This document shows positions 47,163 through 58,650 of a DNA stretch of 64,000 nucleotides, piece by piece. Position numbers and translations under genes: made by a program. Numbering within the stretch: the first letter of the stretch is position 1; the number at the start of each line of letters is the position of its first letter. The stretch comes from Octopus bimaculoides (Eukaryota), in contig NC_068983.1 of NCBI RefSeq assembly GCF_001194135.2, positions 163,026,760-163,090,759 on the forward strand, in the 5' to 3' direction. The notes beneath the pieces are model-generated. The model was not told the DNA's origin and ran no database searches. It was given only the letters and a program-made list of their open reading frames with translations.

Positions 47163-48761
47163 NNNNNNNNNNNNNNNNNNNNNNNNNNNNNNNNNNNNNN
47201 NNNNNNNNNNNNNNNNNNNNNNNNNNNNNNNNNNNNNNNNNNNNNNNNNNNNNNNNNNNNNNNNNNNNNNNNNNNNNNNNNNNNNNNNNNNNNNNNNNNN
47301 NNNNNNNNNNNNNNNNNNNNNNNNNNNNNNNNNNNNNNNNNNNNNNNNNNNNNNNNNNNNNNNNNNNNNNNNNNNNNNNNNNNNNNNNNNNNNNNNNNNN
47401 NNNNNNNNNNNNNNNNNNNNNNNNNNNNNNNNNNNNNNNNNNNNNNNNNNNNNNNNNNNNNNNNNNNNNNNNNNNNNNNNNNNNNNNNNNNNNNNNNNNN
47501 NNNNNNNNNNNNNNNNNNNNNNNNNNNNNNNNNNNNNNNNNNNNNNNNNNNNNNNNNNNNNNNNNNNNNNNNNNNNNNNNNNNNNNNNNNNNNNNNNNNN
47601 NNNNNNNNNNNNNNNNNNNNNNNNNNNNNTATGTATGTATGTATATATATGCATATATATATGTAAATATATATATGTAGGTATACATGTATATATATGT
47701 ATGTATATATATTTCTGTGGATATATTTTTGAATGTTTATACATCAATTCTCTCTCTGTACACACACGCACACACATACGCACACACACACACAAACACA
47801 CGCACACAGAGCTTCTTTTATGCGTAGTGATATATAAAAATAGTCAAAAATTGATAAAAGGATGACGTCAATTCATTTAATTATTGTATCGAATATATCT
47901 TTCATAAATAATAGGTTGAGTTGGAAAAATCGCCCCAAGTCAACTTAATCGATGCTTTGAACACTGTCAACCTTTTATATACATACATAAAAACATACAT
48001 ACATATATACATACATACATATATACATACATATATACAGGGATACAAAGATAGATACATACATAGACACACACGTATGTATACAGATGCATAGATACGT
48101 ACATTTATATATATACATTTATATACTTATATATATATCTGTGTATGTGCGTGTGTGTGTGTGTGTGTGTGTGTATGAATGTATTAGTGTGACTATTTTG
48201 CGTATATGTGTGTATAAAAATTGGATATCTGATATTGGAAAAAGCCGAACGCACCAGTATTTATGAATTTGTTTTTATAGAATCCAATATTGAGAGAAAA
48301 ACTATAGGACATTGTTTAAAATAGATAAATTCTTCAGAACTAAACGGAAATATCAAAAGTCTACGGGGAACATTGAATAATTTAGGAGCAAATCGTTGAC
48401 AATTAGTAGCAGTGTTGATAAACTGGATAGAAGAAGAGTAAGGCCATCTATGTTATGTAATGTCTTTAAGAAACATAAACAGGCGAATATGTATGTCAAA
48501 GTCTACTGAAATCTAAGGCTAGCAAAAAATATCTGAAAGAATTGTTTTTATCTGGTTTCAGAGTAAAAAGATAAGGACAAAATGAGAAAAACGGAAGAAA
48601 AAAGAAAAAGAAGCAAAACAAATTGAATTATTGAGAAGAGTAAATAATATTCTTAAATACATTATTAAAGAAAGAAAAAAAATTATAGGTAAATAGGGTA
48701 GAACTTCAAACACAATGGAAATGGAACTGTACTTTGTGATATCGCTCGTCTCTAATATTAC

Positions 48762-48834
<73 letters not shown>
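48762..48834. repeat. (TAT)n microsatellite
   Basis: Directly visible. Confidence 0.95.
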
Positions 48835-48835
48835 T

Positions 48836-49046
48836 AGGTGGCGAGCTAGCAGAATCGTTAGCACGCCGGGCAAAATGTTTCGCGGTATTTCGCCCGTCTT
48901 TACGTTCTGAGTTCAAATTCTGCTGAGGTCGACTTTGCCTTTCATCCATTCGGGGTCGATAAAATAAGTACCAGCTCAGTACTGGCATCGATATAATTGA
49001 CTCATCCTGTCCTGCAAAATTGCTGGCCTTGTGGCAAAATTTGAAA
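48836..49046 (+). mobile_element. SINE family B
   Basis: Full head, core and tail. Confidence 0.88.
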
Positions 49047-49171
49047 CTGTAATTATCATTATTTAAGACGTTGCCCAGTATTCAATATGTTGTTGGTTGA
49101 AGATATTGTATCTACCGGGGGTTTGTACACTCTGTCAAGTCACAACAAGGACCTCAGACAGACAATACTTA

Positions 49172-49502
49172 ATTGTTTTCAATCGGGTTTGCTTGATTGT
49201 TCGTCTGTGAACAAGATATCTGAAAAACCGAACCGCTGGATGGATTCGAATGAAACTTTCAAGGATGTTTGGCCTCGTGACTGGCACGAACTATTAGATT
49301 TTGGGATCGATCTGGTACCGGACAAGGATTCTGGATTATTTTTCCGATTTTTTTTACTTCATTTTTGGGTTCATTTTTAGTATTCCTGTTTGTGAGAGCA
49401 GTTGAGTTTATTTAAGATATTCACATTTTAAAAATCATCTCCGGCTAATCGTTGAGAGGACGTTGGTGTTGACTTGGCGGAGGTTTGCGCTCTCTGAGTG
49501 CT
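49172..49502 (+). mobile_element. DINE/HINE-like (Helentron-associated) non-autonomous element
   Basis: 5' GTTTGCTTGATTGTTCGTCTGTG, GATGGATTCGAATGAAACTT and a 3' end TTGGCGGAGGTTTGCGCTCTCTGAGTGCT; these are typical of that class as recalled. Confidence 0.5.
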
Positions 49503-49549
49503 ATCATCATCATCATCATCATCATCCTCCTCCTCATCATCATCATCAA

Positions 49550-49608
<59 letters not shown>
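49503..49608. repeat. (CAT)n microsatellite
   Basis: Directly visible. Confidence 0.95.
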
Positions 49609-49609
<1 letters not shown>

Positions 49610-49616
49610 TATTTCT

Positions 49617-49832
49617 TAAGGTGGTGAGCTGGTAGAATCGTTAGTACGTCGGACGAAATGCTCAGCGGTATTTCGTCCGCCTTTACGTTATGAGTTCAAA
49701 TTCCTCCGAAGTTGACTTTGCCTTTCATCCTTTGGGAATCGATAAATTAAGTACCAGTGAAACACTGTGGTCAATGTAATCGACTCATCCTCTCTACCAA
49801 ATTTCAGGCCTTGTACCTATAATAGAAAAGAT
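49617..49832 (+). mobile_element. SINE family B
   Basis: Full head, core and tail. Confidence 0.88.
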
Positions 49833-50624
49833 GATTATTAATATCATTATTATTATGGCCATCAGCCGGGCAAGCCAGACTTACCCTTTGCTCTATACCT
49901 TTTATAAATGAATCGAGCATAAATCACGGAAAACTGCTGCATTCAGTTTTGAAATTTGTACCATACTCGAAAACGAGTTGTTTGGTTTTGATTGGTGAGT
50001 TTGGTTTCGTACTCTGTTCCCCATTTTTTGGGGACGTCTCGATTTGATTTTGTTTCTGTAATAGAATTTATTTTTCCCTTTATGGAGAAAACATCAGACA
50101 ATACAGTAAAGCTTGTTCATTCATGAGGGAAGGGGAGAGAGTGAGGAACGTTACCAGAATACATTGAAAGAGAATGTTTGTTGAAGCACGTTATGTCGTT
50201 GCTTTGAAAACAGACGACAGCAAAAATTTCAAAAATAATCATTTTGAAGGTAAACAGAAACTGAAAACTTTTAACAAAGAAAACAATGAAGTCACCGCCA
50301 TCAACACCAACAATAGAAACAAAGACAACAAATTTGAAGACCAACCAAAAATGAATAATTTTACAATGAAAACAATGGAATCACCACCACCGCCGCCGCC
50401 GCCGCCACCACTACCGTTAAAAAAATTTTTAACAGCAACAGCAATGACAAAAACAAACATTAACTACAGAACTAACAACACATCTTTTGCCAAAATTATT
50501 CAACAGACATGGGTGGAACACTCGACTGTGATTTGGGGAAAAATTTCGGGAAAATGTTTGGTGAAACCATATCTCCTAACTCTATTACAAGGCAAGAAAC
50601 ACGAGATCTAACCTCCGCCCACAC

Positions 50625-50830
50625 ACTGTGGCAGGATATAAAAGTTTCTGATCTTAACTAATTGGAAGTGTTATCATGTACATCTTTTGTCTTGGTGTAA
50701 AAGATGGGCTACAGCAAATATTCTGCTCGATACTACAGATTTTCTTGTCAGTTCCCTGACCAGTTAATCATGTCACTTAGTGTTTGATGATATGTGAATC
50801 TCTGATCACAAGCAGGAGTTGTGGGGGAAT
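50625..50830 (-). mobile_element. 3' fragment of another octopus-type interspersed repeat or SINE
   Basis: CTTGTGATCAGAGA..AGCAGAATATTTGCTGTAGCCCATCTTTT..GATAACACTTCCAATTAGTTAAGATCAGAA; recognised from memory only, single copy here. Confidence 0.4.
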
Positions 50831-50879
50831 ATCATAGCCATGTACTCCACCTCCCAATCCCGGTCGATTTGGAGTTAGT

Positions 50880-51130
50880 AAATCTCTTGTCCACCGAGAA
50901 TAGGTGTGAAGGCTTGTGGACCAGACACTCTGATCTCACCGATGGCCACCACTTCCAGATCTAATGATCTAAGATCGTTGTGTGATAGTGGCCCTGATTC
51001 CAAGCTGATTCCAGGTCACGTGCATTAACACTGCCTTTTCTGAGGGCAAGCATGATCGACAAGAGAGAAATTGGTGAGTAAGAACCACTTGCTTTACTTT
51101 GCCTGTCTTCTTTTTGGGGGACATGAAATA
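50880..51130 (-). mobile_element. CR1/L2-type LINE RT fragment, internally deleted
   Basis: VPQKEDRQSKASGSYSPISLLSI (P..K....NYRPISLLS motif) followed by an AFD.VWHQG-like segment. Confidence 0.6.
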
Positions 51131-51334
51131 AGTACCCGTTGAGCACAAGAGGTCAATGTAATCGACTTAACTTTTGCTGGCCTGAATCAAAAATTTGAAC
51201 GAAGAATTATTCTAATGCTATTCGTTCAGCAGACATTAATTGCAGCTCTGTATTTCCTGCTTCTATATAGCGTTATGATTTTCTGTTTATTCTATTGGGT
51301 ACAGAGTGTGCCCTCATATTCTGTGCTAAGTGTG

Positions 51335-51660
51335 AAAGCGTGCGGATCAGTGATTGGAGTATTCAGCTCACAATCGTAAGGTTGTGAGTTCGATTCTTGG
51401 TGGCACGTTGTGTCCCTTGAATAAGACACCTTATTTGACGTTGCTTCACTCCAATCAGCTGATGAAATTGAGTTGTATCTGTAGTTCAAAGGGGGCAACC
51501 TTGCCCCATCCTGTGCCATGTTGAATGTCCATGAGGACTAGATTAAAGATACGCGTAACTATATAGCGCTCAGCCATTTTCATATTAATTTCGCGAGCTG
51601 GCTGTTCCGTTTATTGGATCAGCTAGAACGTTCGTCGTCGTACCTGACGGAGTACCAGTT
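51335..51660 (+). mobile_element. tRNA-derived SINE (family C tail)
   Basis: B-box GAGTTCGATTC, GTGTCCCTTGAATAAGACACCTTATTT core and GTCGTACCTGACGGAGT tail. Confidence 0.82.
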
Positions 51661-52441
51661 TGTTATGTGTTCAGTACCTTGTTATGTTCTTTCCTCTTGG
51701 CTGCATATATCTGTAAATTACGGGATTTCGCATATGTCTCTGTTTGCATTATTTTTAATAATGGCTAATATCACCCATTATTATTAAGGAGTGTCTTTCT
51801 GTCTTTTGTTCCAATATATTATCTCTATTTACAGATCCTGATATTTCGGTAGCGTCTCTATTTCTATTATTGATATATGGTCATCTGCTGGAATTGATAC
51901 ATCGATTAGGCAACATTTATTTTCCTGATGCTCATTGACAACAATATCCGCTAGATTTATCTTAATCTCCCTGTCTGGCATAATTTCCAATGTATCAAAT
52001 ATCTAATACTGTCATACCATTTCCTCCAAGACTGAGTAGCCATAATCAATATGATTGATGGTTTCTTCACAATATTAACATATTTACATTTTATATTCCG
52101 CTTCATTATTCGTTTTCGGTAGTTTCTTAGAGCAACAAAGGCGATGGTATTTCGCTGCGATATTAAAAAAGTTCTTCCATCTCCGCCACGAGCCTTTTAC
52201 TTCTCCAGCCTCGATAAATCTTTATTCTGTTAAATTCTTTCATTTATTAAACTTGTAGGGGTTTATTTGTTTGTTTTAGATTGACAATCCGTAATCCCAA
52301 ATTCATTTTATGTTTTAGCCACTTTTATAGCTTCAGTTATTACTTCTCCATTTAAAACTCTCCGTTCACACAGCATGTTATGCATTTCTCTACTTCCCTT
52401 AAGACTAAACACAGTATTTTGATTTATTCGTATTTTGTAGC

Positions 52442-52481
<40 letters not shown>

Positions 52482-52504
52482 TTCCCTTTTATCATTTATC
52501 AACT

Positions 52505-52650
52505 AAGGCAGCGAGCTGGCAGAATCGTTAGGAGGCCGGGCGAAATACTTCACGGTATTTCGTTGTCTTCATGTTCTGAGTCCCAATTCCGCTGCAGTCG
52601 ACTTTGCATTTCATACTTTCGGGGACGATGAAATAACTACCAGTATAGAA
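52505..52650 (+). mobile_element. SINE family B, 3'-truncated
   Basis: Head and core are present; a family A copy follows. Confidence 0.82.
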
Positions 52651-52693
52651 GAAAGGGTTATTTACCAAATATTCATGCAGTCCAGCATCAGGG

Positions 52694-53034
52694 CTTTTAC
52701 TTGTTTCAGTCATTTGACTGCGGCCATGCTGTAGCACCGCCTTTAGTCGAATAAATCGACCCCAGGACTTATTCTTTGTAAGCCTAGTACTTATTTTATC
52801 CGTCTCTCTTTTGCCGAATCGCTAAGATACGGTAACATAAACACACGAACATCGGTTGTCAAGCGATGGAGGGGGTGGTGACAAACACACACACATACAC
52901 GACGGGATTCTTTCAGTTTCCGTCTACCAAATCCACTCACAAGGCTTTGGTCGGTCTGAGGTTATAGTAGAAGACACTTATCCAAGGTACCACGCAGTGG
53001 GAGTGAACCCGGAACCATGTGGTTGGGAAGCAAA
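52694..53034 (-). mobile_element. CORE-type SINE (family A)
   Basis: Matches the other copies. Confidence 0.87.
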
Positions 53035-53231
53035 TAGTTTTCAAGTTGAGTAGAATATCTACATCTCACACTTTGTGGTATAATCGTTCCGTGAAAGAGT
53101 TCGATAGAATATTGTAAAAGAGGTGATTATTTCTGTTATGTCTGTCTATTTTTACTCCTTCAGTAAGTTTCCAGTTATTATATTTTGTTAAACTGGTTTC
53201 AAAAATGGAACTGCATTCATGCTACCAGTCC

Positions 53232-53354
53232 ACCATCAAAGAATTACTCCGTCACAGTGAATTCCCCCAATACCATCAAAGAATTACTCCGTCACAGTGA
53301 ATTCCCCCAATACCATCAAAGAATTACTCCGTCACAGTGAATTCCTCCAATACC
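53232..53354. repeat. 40-bp tandem repeat x3
   Basis: ACCATCAAAGAATTACTCCGTCACAGTGAATTCCCCCAAT, head to tail, one substitution in copy 3. Confidence 0.96.
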
Positions 53355-53439
53355 TCTTTCAGTTTCATAAAATTTTAATCCCTACTTAGTTTCTATATCC
53401 ATTAACTTACAGAAAATAGGCTTTAAAAACGTGTTTGGC

Positions 53440-53695
53440 TGGGAACAGTTCGGAAGCAGGCTGACTAATTAAATGTCTCCAGGGCCCACCTATAAACGTA
53501 GCAGCCATCAGTAGGACCAAGATTTCCTAGATGTACTTACTGGCCTTACTTACCTACAGAAAGGTTCACACCTCCTTTGCTCGACCCAGATCGAATGGTG
53601 TGGCAGAGCAATTTTGGAAAGGCATTTATTTATCAGTCAGTACAATTCGGATGGTAACTCTGTAGTCCTGGGCCAGAGCAGCAGAGAGAGTGTGT

Positions 53696-53728
<33 letters not shown>

Positions 53729-54260
53729 ATAATTTTAGGAGAGTTTCTGTTTATGCCCCAACTAGATTAATTTCTTTAAACGTTTAAAAATATTCTTGAG
53801 AATGTGATTTGCTCTTTAGTGTTAGTAAACTACCCTAAGAATTTTATTGTTACATGCAATATTTGGTCATTACTACCTTAGCAACAACTGTCTTCAACAA
53901 GTGGTAGCAGACTGGAAGCATTCCCAATCTTATGAACCGTAGAGTGGTGGCGTTGTCAAGGAAGAATCTGATCAAAAAGAAGAGACAGTAAGCAACTTCA
54001 GACTGATAAACCTGCTAAGTACAGAGTTGAAGATTTTGGTAACAATGTTCACAAGCAGAATGGTGCTTCCTGACGGTAACCAGAGATGTGCAATGTTGTT
54101 TGATTCTCGGCAGAGCTATCCACAGAAAAAGTTATTTAATGCGATACATCAAGGAGTTGTCGGCCGGGAATATATCTAGTTGCAGTTGACCTTTAATCAA
54201 CTTCGATCAATTTAATTCCTTAAACATGCATAGCGGTCTGTGATGATCTAAACTCTTCTC
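53440..54260 (+). mobile_element. Decayed, internally deleted L1/Tx1-type ORF2 (APE + RT fragments)
   Basis: FRRVSVYAP (endonuclease), VSNFRLINLLSTELKIL, GRAIH..YLMRYI and LINFDQ (RT). Confidence 0.75.
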
Positions 54261-54789
54261 AGAATAATTGCTTAAGGTCCTTTCTTGAGAGATAATCTCA
54301 TCAAAATATACATGGCATCCTTTCCGCGGCCAGACGAAACGTTTCGGAATCCATATACACAAAACAATAAATTCATTACTTATTTACCTTTCATTCATAA
54401 TACTTTGTGGATGTAACTATTATAAACCTGATAAGGACAGTTATAATTACAGAAACAAGTTTTCATTTATATTTCATTTGTCTCTGTAGGATGACCTTTC
54501 TAATAAATGTACAAGTAACAGTTACTATGAAATTTTCAATGACATGAAAACAATTAGCTTTAAATAAATAAAGAAGCAAACTAATTCCAAGTAAAGATCG
54601 AAACGATTTTGACAAACTGATTAACATTATTTCTTGTCACCGACTGAACTATATTTGCAGGAAACGTCACGGTAAATTACTATGGTAACTAAAGAAGAAA
54701 TGTTGGTGTAAACCCATAGATTTGATATAATGGACTGAACAGAACTCTAGTGCAGTTTGTTTTCTTAAGTCAGAATTTTTGACTTAGTC

Positions 54790-55110
54790 AACGAAGTGAG
54801 CTGGGGATGAGAAGAGTAGAAAAGAGATTAGATTATGTAAAGCGAACAGGACGACCTTCGGGGCGGAATTTAAGAACGTTGATATTCTACAATAAGGATA
54901 TGGAAATAGAAAAAAGGTTAACCAAAATAAAAGGTTTGATAAGAGTAAAATTGGAACAGGATATGTTTGAACCATGTCATAGAGCAGTTTTAGTGGAAAC
55001 AGAGAAAATGGAAAAATTAGTTATTCATAGACAGGATTAAAACAAGTAAAATATATGTTCGTTACGAAAATTTGCCCAATGTAGAGGATGTAATAAAACA
55101 TATAACAGAT
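54790..55110 (+). mobile_element. ORF1-like fragment homologous to the A/B junction of the 23.8-26.7-kb element
   Basis: RPSGRNLRTLIFYNKDMEIEKRLTKIKGLIRVKLEQDMF aligns with KPTGQNIRKMVIYKKNI/IEKKIAEVKNLTRVKLDEDLF. Confidence 0.65.
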
Positions 55111-55432
55111 GAAAATCAAAACCGATTATAAACTGTATAAAAGAACTGTAAAATGAAACTGCGAGCTGGTGGGGTGGGGGGGCTCGTAAGCCAATTCCAC
55201 TTTTCTATTACAAATATCTCATCTCATATTCATCATTCGTTATATGTACCCCATGTTTTGCGTTGTCTGTCCTTGTAATGTCCATTCTTTGTTTCAGGCT
55301 ACATGTCTATAATAAAGATAAACAGACTAGATATTAAATAGTAACATGGTTATTGAATTACACTGCTCCAAATATGTGCATCTAACGACTGAGTATCTCA
55401 TCTATTAGTGAATCGTTATATTTCTGGACTGG

Positions 55433-55595
55433 AAGATGGCAAGCCGGTAGAATCGTTCAAATGCCGCCGAGGTTGACTTGGCTTTTCATCCTTTCGGAGT
55501 GTCGATAAAATAAGTATCAGTTGAACACTAAGGTCGATGTAAAAAACTTAACCTCGCTCCCGAAATTACTGGCCTTGTGCCAAAATTTGAAATCA
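55433..55595 (+). mobile_element. SINE family B with internal deletion
   Basis: The head joins directly to CCGAGGTTGACTTGGCTTTTCATCC; tail present. Confidence 0.78.
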
Positions 55596-56258
55596 ATGTT
55601 TCTGGACAGGATACAGTATACTCTATTGTTTAAGTTTATATAGATGTCGTTGTGCGCAATCCAGTGGTAAACTCTCCAGAAGAATATGATTTGTGACTGC
55701 CGTGCTGTGTTATGAAACTAAAGCTAAGCACCAGTTCTTGGTGGAACATTAGAACGTAGTAACAAATCAGATCCATTAACGTGCAGTTTGAAAACTATTT
55801 TGGTTAAATCATTTCTATTGAAGCAAGTTTTATCCAGATCTAAGGAATTATAGCATTGCCGTAAGTCATCATTATAAGCTGTTTATTGGCTTAAAATTTC
55901 TCGAATTCTTTCAAGTTCAAATGAAGGTGTCAACGTATTGAAATGTGTTGTGTATCTGAGAAGAAATATATAGAACATATGTATCTGAAAACTCCCCTAT
56001 TTGGGTCGTTGAATGCTTTATATTCTGGGATAAGGGGTAACGAACAAGTGACTAATCCTATAGCAGTTGAAACTTTGAAAGCCAGCTGGATTGATGGATC
56101 ACATCATTTAGGATCAGCACAAGTGTACATATTTGAAATTCATTCTTGCGAAGTTGATTTATGAAACTATCAACTTCATTTTAAATTTAAGGACAAGTTG
56201 TAAGCCATACAAACAATCATACAAACAATCCGTTTATAGTTGGAAATAAGTATAGCTT

Positions 56259-56647
56259 CAGGTGTGACTGTATGGTAAGAAGGTTCCGTTTCAACAACAT
56301 GGTTTCGGTTTCAGTCCCACTGCGTCGCATCTGGGGCAATTGTCTTTCACTATAGCCTCAGGACGATCAAAGCCTTGTGAGTGGATTTGGTAGATAGAAA
56401 CTGAAAGAATTCCGTCGTATATGTGTGCGAACGTGTCTGTGTTTGACCCCCACCACCACTCAACAACCGATGTTGGCGTGTTTCTGCCCCCATAACCCAG
56501 CGGTTCAACAAAGGAGACCTATTGAATAAGTGCTAGGCTTTAAAATGATAAGTACGGTGGTTGATTCGTTCGACTAAAATTCCCCAAAGCGGCGCTCCAA
56601 CATGACCGCAGTCCAATTACTGAAACAAATAAAAGATAAAGATAAAA
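56259..56647 (+). mobile_element. CORE-type SINE (family A)
   Basis: Full head, body and tail with (GATAAAA) end. Confidence 0.87.
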
Positions 56648-57683
56648 CAAGATGGATCTAATTAAATTGATGCAAATAGCTGTGCGTTGTTGGTTGTATT
56701 TCGATCTTCCTTGGAAGGAATTTTATTCCATCTGAAAATAAGTTTCCAAAGAGACTATGAAGTAATAAATCATATTTTCTAAAAAGTGATTCACAGTGAG
56801 ATAATAAGATAGATAGCGATTTGATGTGGAAGCCATTTTGTTGTGCCTTATCCCATCTGTAACAGTCTTGTTACCGGTTAATAATATTTATTTGGAATGT
56901 TATTAATGAAAATCATTAATTGTTTTAGCAGATGACACTGACTTGTGCATCATAAGTGATTGAATGTTCGTGCCAAATATAGCAGTCTAATTTGTAGTTA
57001 TAATTAACTTTTTGGCAAAGGATCGGTTCTAAAATCATAAATATTATGCTTCTCAAATTAATTAAGAAATAATGGAACTGATCTTAGTAGTTTAAAGAAC
57101 ACTGATTTATATCATTATACGAAGGAGAATGGCAATCGTTGTCATGTTAATTTAATAACTTTAGCTAAAATATCGATTTAGTTTTAATGAAACCCAACAC
57201 CGGATTTCTTTCTCTTTTTTTGTTGTTCTGAAATACAAAGCTAACTTTGAGAATGCTAAGAGAGAAGATCCGCACAAAAACTTGGGTTTCATTACACGAT
57301 ACTCTTTAAATGCGACTACGAAATATTTCAATGTCTCGCTTCAATTCTAGACAAGATTAAATAACGATAAAGGTCGTGAAAATGTATAATATGATGCTCA
57401 TCTATGTAAATGAAACATTACATAATTTGTATAATTCTTATAATCTTCATTCATTACTTGGTATTTAATTGATAAAGATGAAAGCGGTATTTGAAATACT
57501 TTCAAATGCAAAGGTTATATGTAATACTTCTTTCTCTGTATTATGTATTTGTTTCCTTTTACATCTGATATATTTGTCATTGATCTTCTATAATAGTGAA
57601 GTTGTTCTTAATTTGCTGCTTTTGTATACGCATACAGAGATCTCTTGCGAAACAGACGTTATTTTAACGAGATACATCTTGTA

Positions 57684-57769
57684 ATCACTTGTGGAAACAT
57701 CTACACCAGATATTCAGTATTCCACCCGTGAGGGATCAATGCTAGACGGGTCGAAACAATTGTAGTGAT
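57684..57769 (+). ncRNA. Degenerate hammerhead in a pLTR remnant
   Basis: ATCAC/GTGAT stem I, GAAA-CAATTG-TA and ACCCGT/ACGGGT in stem II; the core has decayed to TTGTGGA. Confidence 0.45.
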
Positions 57770-57890
57770 CAATAATCATTCTCATATCTTCCATCTTCCG
57801 TCTCTCTCATTAATTAAATATATATATATACACGGAAATGTCGAATAGTGATCAACATTGGGGTGGAAAAACATTCTTTATTCATGGGTA

Positions 57891-58069
57891 AGGCTACCAT
57901 TTGTTTCATGTTAAGGAAGTGTTCATCAATTATCAAGCCTATCACATGGAACATCGATGTTCGTCTCTATTTTGGTGCTTTTATCCAAAATGGTAACGAA
58001 CACCGATGTCCCATGTGATAGGCTTGATAAATGTTGAGGGCTTCCTTAACATGAAACCAATGGTAGCTT
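57891..58069. mobile_element. TA-flanked fold-back (MITE-like)
   Basis: ~75-bp inverted arms plus an inner ATTTTGG/CCAAAAT pair; TA at 57889-90 and 58070-71. Confidence 0.7.
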
Positions 58070-58551
58070 TAATCTACACACACACACACGCACGCACACA
58101 CACACACACACACACCCACACACCCACACACCCACCACACACACATACGGGAGAAGTTGAAAATTGACTGGGAATTTTAGATGCTGAACTTTTAAAGACT
58201 TAACCGGTTTCACAGATTTTTCTGATTTCCAAAAGTTGTGATAGTAAAACGTGGGGGATATGTTTCAACTCTGTTGCAACTCTGTCTGAGATCGAAAATT
58301 CTCTTGTTTTTATTAAGAGAACATAACTCAAATTATTATCTGTTTAGAGTGCGGTTTGATTGGCTGAGGATGATCGCTTGATTAGGCTTAGAAATTTTTG
58401 TAAGTTCCCCGCTACCAGTGTCATGTGACAACATCTCTGGCGCCGGAAATTAAGACTGTCACCTTTCAGTGAACGTGTCTTGTGACTGTTCCAAACAAAC
58501 GCTCTTGACCACTACACCACGTGCCTGTGGGCCCACGGGCATCTGGCGTAG

Positions 58552-58650
58552 TGTTGTGTTAACAACAAACCAGATGAGGACAAATGTCCATCAAATGTAA
58601 ATAATCTAAATAATGTACATAATTCCTCATCTCTTAAATATAGGACTGCA
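58552..58650 (+). mobile_element. Second copy of the 19998-20104 repeat (collinear form)
   Basis: TGTTGTGTTAACAACAAAC..GATGAGGACAAAT..AATTCCTCATCTCTTAAATATAG. Confidence 0.7.

Noticed and set aside
50174-50611. 145-aa ORF with a poly-proline run (formin-like?)
   Set aside because: It consists of decayed (AAC)n and (CCG)n sequence, with no domain and no convincing splice signals.
53232-53354. 40-bp repeats as a CRISPR array
   Set aside because: Head-to-tail with no spacers, in eukaryotic DNA with no cas genes.
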